A DNA stretch of 11,448 nt from a virus. Its lineage: Duplodnaviria; Heunggongvirae; Uroviricota; Caudoviricetes. The notes beneath the pieces were generated by a model. That model was not told the origin of the DNA. It did no database searches and saw only the letters and a list, made by a program, of their open reading frames with translations. Of this stretch, positions 7,044 through 11,448 are shown in pieces. Within the stretch, counting starts at the first letter, position 1, and every line of letters begins with the position of its first letter. Both the position numbers and the translations under genes were made by a program. The stretch is from IMG/VR virus record IMGVR_UViG_2529292830_000009; one strand, given 5' to 3'.

Positions 7044-7381
7044 CGCGGGAAATGCAGTTTGTCATGCGGCTTGCCCGGGAGTTCCGGCGGGCAGACTGGC
7101 GGCGGATGCTGTCGGAAATGTCGGCCACTGAGCTTGGTGAGTGGGGCGATTATTTCCGGATGCAGAGCTTCAGTGATGTGTGGATGGATGCGCAGTTTGC
7201 CTCGCTGAAGGCATTGATCGTGAGAATGGTGTCCGGCAGCAGTGATGCTGCGGTGGCTGATTTCAGCCTTTTACCGGAAGAGAACGGGATACCGGAGCGA
7301 ACGGACGAAGAACTGATGCATCTTGGAGAAGGTATTTCCGGAGGTGTGCGTTATGGACCAGATAGCCAACCTGGTCATTGA
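7019..7381 (+). CDS. T: gpT-like -1 frame extension, expressed as a G-T fusion by programmed frameshift (full product about 6657..7381 with a shift near 7031..7037)
   Basis: The -1 frame relative to G opens at 7019, after in-frame stops at 6992, 6995, 7007, 7010 and 7016, and runs to TGA 7379..7381. It encodes ...REFRRADWRRMLSEMSATELGEWGDYF...GEGISGGVRYGPD, matching the lambda T segment (REFHRPDWRRMLAEMS...GGVRYGPDG) as I recall it. No convincing independent RBS precedes the internal ATG at 7052. Confidence 0.75.
   Translation, partial: GADAGKVLTREMQFVMRLAREFRRADWRRMLSEMSATELGEWGDYFRMQSFSDVWMDAQFASLKALIVRMVSGSSDAAVADFSLLPEENGIPERTDEELMHLGEGISGGVRYGPDSQPGH
7031..7037 (+). promoter_or_regulatory. 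Candidate -1 ribosomal slippery site for the G-T frameshift
   Basis: G GAA AAG in the G frame, the only A-rich slippery run in the 22-nt window (7019..7040) where both frames are open. It differs by one base from the lambda heptamer G GGA AAG. The A-site shift AAG to AAA is canonical; the P-site shift GAA to GGA is not a perfect re-pairing. Confidence 0.45.
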
Positions 7382-10300
7382 TTTGGGGATTGATGCGGCA
7401 GAGTTTAAAAATGAAATTCCCCGTATCAAAAACCTTCTGAATGGTGCCGCCAGCGATGCAGAACGGTCTTCTGCCCGTATGCAGCGTTTTATGGAGCGTC
7501 AGACTCAGGCCGCCCGGCAGACAACGCAGGCGGCTTCTTCGGCTGCAACAGCCGCCTCCGTCCATGCGCAGACGGTGGAGAAGAACGCACAGGCTCATGA
7601 ACGCATGGCCCGCGAGGTGGAGAAAACCCGCCAGCGCATGGAGGCGCTGAGCCAGAAAATGCGCGATGAACAGGCGCAGGCCATGGCTCTGGCGGAGGCT
7701 CAGGATAAAGCGGCTGCTGCGTTTTATCGTCAGATTGACAGTGTGAAACAGGCCAGTGCGGGGCTGCAGGAATTACAGCGTATTCAGCAGCAGATCCGAC
7801 AGGCCAGAAACAGTGGCGGGATTGGTCAGCAGGATTATCTGGCGCTGATTTCTGAGGTTACGGCGAAAACCCGTGTTCTTACACAGGCTGAGGAAGAGGC
7901 TACCCGACAGAAAGTGGCGTTTATCCGTCAGCTTAAAGAGCAGGCAACCCGCCAGAATCTTTCTTCTTCTGAGTTGCTTCGTGCTAAGGCTGCCCAGCTG
8001 GGGGTAAGCAGTGCTGCAGAAGTGTATATCCGCAAAATGGAGCAGGCAGGAAAAGCCACGCATTCGCAGGGTCTGAAAAGTGCAGCGGCCCGCCAGGAGA
8101 TAGGCGTTCTGATAGGTGAACTGGCTCGCGGCAATTTAGGTGCGCTGAGGGGATCCGGGATAACGCTGGCTAACCGTGCCGGATGGATAGACACACTGAT
8201 GTCACCGAAAGGCATGATGCTGGGCGGGGTTATTGGCGGTATTGCCGCGGCCGTCTATGGTCTGGGTAAAGCCTGGTATGACGGTCAGAAGGAGGGGGAA
8301 GAATTTAACCGCCAGTTGTCGCTGACGGGGCATTATGCCGGAGTCACTGCCGGGCAGCTGTGGACGCTCAGTCGTGCTATTTCCGGGAATGGTATCACGC
8401 AACATGCTGCAGCCGGTGCGCTGGCTCAGGTGGTGGGGAGGGGTGCATTTCGTGGAAACGATATCGGTATGGTGGCGAGAGCTGCCGCACAGATGGAGCG
8501 ATCGGTTGGCCAGTCGGTCAGCGATACCATAAGTCAGTTTAAGCGGCTGAAGGATGATCCTGTAAATGCCGCGAAGGCTCTGGACAATGAGCTGCATTTT
8601 CTTACTGCCACTCAGCTTGAGCAGATACGCGTCCTTGGGGAACAGGGGCGGTCCAGTGATGCGGCACGGATAGCCATGTCTGCACTGGCAGAGGAAACCG
8701 GTCGGCGTACTGCGGATATTGATAATAACCTCAATGCGCTGGGCAGTACGCTGAAGTATCTGTCTGATTTATGGAGTCGTTTCTGGGATGCGGCCATGAA
8801 TATTGGTCGTGAAGACTCGCTGGATGAACAGATTTCCGCTTTACAGGAGAAAGTGTCGCGGGCGAAAAGACTCCCCTGGACGGCATCATCTTCTCAGGTT
8901 GAGTACGATCAGCAGCGTCTTAACGAGCTTCAGGAGAAAAAACGCCAGAAGGATTTGCAGGATGCAAAAGAGCAGGCAGAGCGGAATTATCAGGAGCAAC
9001 AGAAACGCCGTAATGCTGAAAATGCTGCACTGAACCGGATGAATGAAACGGAAGCAGCACGACATCAGCGTGAAATTGCGCGTATTAATGCCATGCAGTA
9101 CGCCGATCAGGCTGTCAGGGATGCGGCGATACAACGTGAAAATGAACGTTACGAGAAAGCCCTGGCATCCGGTAAGAAAAAAACACGCGAAACCCGTAAT
9201 GATGAGGCCACCCGGTTATTGCTGCAGTACAGTCAGCAACAGGCACAGGTGGAAGGACAGATTGCTGCTGCAAGACAGTCAGCAGGCATTGCCACTGACA
9301 GGATGACAGAAGCGCATAAACAGCTTCTGGCTCTGCAGCAGCGCATCAGCGATCTGGACGGGAAAAAACTGACGGCAGATGAAAAGAGTGTGCTGGCCCG
9401 TAAAGATGAACTGATTCAGGCACTGACGCTGCTGGATGTAAAACAGCAGGAGCTTCAGAAACAGACGGCACTCAACGATCTGAAGAAAAAAACAATTCAG
9501 CTGACCAGTCAACTGGCTGAAGAAGAGCGCGCTCAGCGCCAGCAACATGACCTGGATATCGCCACGGTGGGTATGGGTGATCAGCAGCGGCAGCGATATC
9601 AGGTACAACTGAGTCTTCGCCAGAAATACCAGCAACAGCTGGAGCAGTTGAGGCGGGATAGTGAGCAGAAAGGAACATATAACACGGATGACTACAGAAA
9701 GGCCGAGCAGGCGCTGACGGAGAGCCTGAACCGACAACTGAATGAGAATCGCCGTTATTGGCAACAGCTTGAAATTGCTCAGGGTGACTGGAAAAACGGA
9801 GTCCTGCGTGCACTCCAGAATGTCACTGAGAAAGCGGATAACACAGCCGGGACAGTGGAACAGTTGTTCACGTCTGCGTTCAGTAGCATGAGTGACTGGC
9901 TGGCGACATTCTGTACTACAGGCAAACTCAATTTCAAATCCTTCACCTCTTCTGTGCTGTCAGATATGTCCAGAATCATGGCTCAGATAGCTTTAATGAA
10001 AGCGGTAAAAGGTATTGCTTCCGCGCTGCCTTTTGATTTTGTAGCCAATGCTGATGGCGGTGTTTATCAGTCGGCTGATTTGAGTCGCTACAGTGGCACG
10101 GTGGTTAACCGTCCGACGTTTTTTGCTTTTGCAAAAGGCGCGGGTGTGATGGGGGAAGCTGGACCTGAAGCCATTCTGCCACTGCGTCGTGGTGCTGACG
10201 GTAAGCTGGGGGTTGTGGCGGATATTGGTGGTTCAGGTATGGCGATGTTTGCCCCGCAGTACAACATCGAGATCAATAACGATGGCACGAACGGGCAGAT

Positions 10301-10409
10301 AGGTCCGGCTGCCCTGAAGGTGGTTTATGACCTTGGGAAAAAAGCGGCAGCGGACTTTATGCAACAGCAGGCCCGTGATGGTGGTCGGTTAAGTGGAGCA
10401 TATCGGTAA
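7353..10409 (+). CDS. H: Tail tape measure protein, lambda gpH homolog
   Basis: 1018 aa. N-terminus MDQIANLVIDLGIDAAEF against lambda MAEPVGDLVVDLSLDAARF; C-terminus NNDGTNGQIGPAALKVVYDLGKKAAADFMQQQARDGGRLSG against lambda NNDGTNGQIGPAALKAVYDMARKGARDEIQTQMRDGGLFSG. Long Q/E/R/K-rich coiled-coil core and a Gly-rich hydrophobic segment (GMMLGGVIGGIAAAVYGLG). GGAGG at 7341..7345 sits 7 nt before ATG 7353; the track's 7323 start is a TTG. Confidence 0.92.
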   Translation: MDQIANLVIDLGIDAAEFKNEIPRIKNLLNGAASDAERSSARMQRFMERQTQAARQTTQAASSAATAASVHAQTVEKNAQAHERMAREVEKTRQRMEALSQKMRDEQAQAMALAEAQDKAAAAFYRQIDSVKQASAGLQELQRIQQQIRQARNSGGIGQQDYLALISEVTAKTRVLTQAEEEATRQKVAFIRQLKEQATRQNLSSSELLRAKAAQLGVSSAAEVYIRKMEQAGKATHSQGLKSAAARQEIGVLIGELARGNLGALRGSGITLANRAGWIDTLMSPKGMMLGGVIGGIAAAVYGLGKAWYDGQKEGEEFNRQLSLTGHYAGVTAGQLWTLSRAISGNGITQHAAAGALAQVVGRGAFRGNDIGMVARAAAQMERSVGQSVSDTISQFKRLKDDPVNAAKALDNELHFLTATQLEQIRVLGEQGRSSDAARIAMSALAEETGRRTADIDNNLNALGSTLKYLSDLWSRFWDAAMNIGREDSLDEQISALQEKVSRAKRLPWTASSSQVEYDQQRLNELQEKKRQKDLQDAKEQAERNYQEQQKRRNAENAALNRMNETEAARHQREIARINAMQYADQAVRDAAIQRENERYEKALASGKKKTRETRNDEATRLLLQYSQQQAQVEGQIAAARQSAGIATDRMTEAHKQLLALQQRISDLDGKKLTADEKSVLARKDELIQALTLLDVKQQELQKQTALNDLKKKTIQLTSQLAEEERAQRQQHDLDIATVGMGDQQRQRYQVQLSLRQKYQQQLEQLRRDSEQKGTYNTDDYRKAEQALTESLNRQLNENRRYWQQLEIAQGDWKNGVLRALQNVTEKADNTAGTVEQLFTSAFSSMSDWLATFCTTGKLNFKSFTSSVLSDMSRIMAQIALMKAVKGIASALPFDFVANADGGVYQSADLSRYSGTVVNRPTFFAFAKGAGVMGEAGPEAILPLRRGADGKLGVVADIGGSGMAMFAPQYNIEINNDGTNGQIGPAALKVVYDLGKKAAADFMQQQARDGGRLSGAYR

Positions 10410-10738
10410 TGGAGACGTTTCACTGGAAAGTGCGCCCGGATATGAATGTGGTATCAGAGCCGAAAGTGGTGACAGTGAAGCTGGGCGATGGTTATGAACA
10501 GCGTCGTGCGGCGGGACTGAATAACCAGTTGTCGACTTACAGCGTGACGATACGTGTTCGTAAATGTGAACACCCATCTTTGAAAGCCTTTCTGGAACGG
10601 CACGGTGGCGTCCGCGCATTTCAGTGGACGCCACCTTATGACTGGAAGCCGATCAGGGTGGTTTGTCGTAAATGGTCGGCAAGCGTGGGGGCGCTGTGGG
10701 TAACCATAACGGCAGATTTTGAACAGGTCGTGGCATAG
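10409..10738 (+). CDS. M: Minor tail protein, lambda gpM homolog
   Basis: 109 aa, the same length as lambda M. METFHWKVRPDMNVVSEPKVVTVKLGDGYEQRRAAGLN..L.TYSVT...FLE.HGG...F.WTPPY.W..I.V.C.KWS...FEQVV is collinear with lambda M (MKTFRWKVKPGMDVASVP...FGDGYSQR...). The ATG overlaps the H stop (TAATG). Confidence 0.9.
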   Translation: METFHWKVRPDMNVVSEPKVVTVKLGDGYEQRRAAGLNNQLSTYSVTIRVRKCEHPSLKAFLERHGGVRAFQWTPPYDWKPIRVVCRKWSASVGALWVTITADFEQVVA

Positions 10739-10747
10739 GAGGCTCTG

Positions 10748-11446
10748 ATGCAGGATATTCCACAGGAAACACATCATGAGACGACACGCCTCACTCAGTC
10801 AGCCCAGGTGGTGCTCTGGGAAATCGATCTGACAGAGGTCGGTGGTGAACGTTATTTTTTCTGTAATGAGCAGAACGAAAAAGGTGAGCCGGTTACCTGG
10901 CAGGGGCGGCAGTATCAGGCATACCCCATTCAGGGGACAGGATTTGAACTGAACGGCAAGGGCAGTGCTGCCCGTCCGACACTGACGGTTTCTAACCTGC
11001 ACGGTATGGTCACCGGGATGGCGGAAGATCTGCAGAGTCTGGTCGGCGGAACGGTGGTCCGGCGTAAGGTTTACGCCCGTTTTCTGGATGCGGTGAACTT
11101 CGTCAACGGAAACAGCGACGCCGATCCGGAGCAGGAGGTGATTAGCCGCTGGCGCATCGAGCAGTGCAGCGAACTGAGCGCGGTCAGTGCCTCCTTTGTA
11201 CTGTCCACGCCGACTGAAACGGATGGTGCCGTTTTTCCGGGGCGCATCATGCTGGCTAATACCTGCACCTGGACCTATCGCGGTGATGAGTGCGGTTATA
11301 ACGGTCCGGCGGTCGCGGATGAATATGACCAGCCGACGTCCGATATCACGAAGGATAAATGCAGCAAATGCCTGAGTGGCTGTAAGTTTCGCAATAATGT
11401 CGGCAACTTTGGCGGCTTCCTTTCCATTAACAAACTTTCGCAGTAA
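10748..11446 (+). CDS. L: Minor tail protein, lambda gpL homolog
   Basis: 232 aa, the same length as lambda L. Carries the Cys-rich C-terminal region (CTWTYRGDECGY...CSKCLSGCKFRNN) typical of gpL-family proteins. AGGAGG at 10737..10742 sits 5 nt before ATG 10748; ends TAA 11444..11446, two bases before the window end. Confidence 0.88.
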   Translation: MQDIPQETHHETTRLTQSAQVVLWEIDLTEVGGERYFFCNEQNEKGEPVTWQGRQYQAYPIQGTGFELNGKGSAARPTLTVSNLHGMVTGMAEDLQSLVGGTVVRRKVYARFLDAVNFVNGNSDADPEQEVISRWRIEQCSELSAVSASFVLSTPTETDGAVFPGRIMLANTCTWTYRGDECGYNGPAVADEYDQPTSDITKDKCSKCLSGCKFRNNVGNFGGFLSINKLSQ

Positions 11447-11448
11447 AT

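Noticed and set aside
7323-7352. TTG start at 7323 for the tape measure gene
   Set aside because: ATG 7353 is preceded by GGAGG and gives an N-terminus matching lambda H; the TTG extension has no support.
9279-9764. 161-aa leucine-rich ORF on the minus strand inside the tape measure gene
   Set aside because: It is the antisense of a CAG/GAG/AAG-rich coiled-coil coding region, which yields Leu-rich low-complexity translation. It has no start context and lies wholly within a confidently assigned gene.
1-11448. Searched for CRISPR repeats, tRNA or other structured RNA genes, attachment sites, toxin-antitoxin pairs and defence or moron cargo
   Set aside because: No direct-repeat arrays, no tRNA-like segments, no minus-strand or small inserted genes between the structural genes. 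Intergenic space is under 100 nt everywhere except the IS junction, so I see no evidence for a novel system in this window.

Overview
This window is the late (virion structural) operon of a lambda-like siphovirus prophage from an enterobacterial host, read entirely on the + strand, and I found no novel or undescribed system in it. Gene order is W-like head-tail joining protein, portal, a single 739-aa ORF fusing a ClpP-like prohead protease, a scaffold-like linker and a major capsid domain, a small capsid-associated protein, then lambda-type FII, Z, U, V, G/G-T (frameshift), H (tape measure), M and L. The window opens inside the right end of an IS66-family insertion sequence, which appears to have inserted about 75 nt before the stop of the upstream gene (probably terminase large subunit); this is the most noteworthy observation. 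There are no RNA genes, CRISPR arrays, or obvious cargo, moron or defence genes, and all sizeable minus-strand ORFs look like antisense artefacts. All homology statements rest on my recollection of lambda and IS66 protein sequences and motifs, not on any database search; coordinates were checked codon by codon against the sequence.
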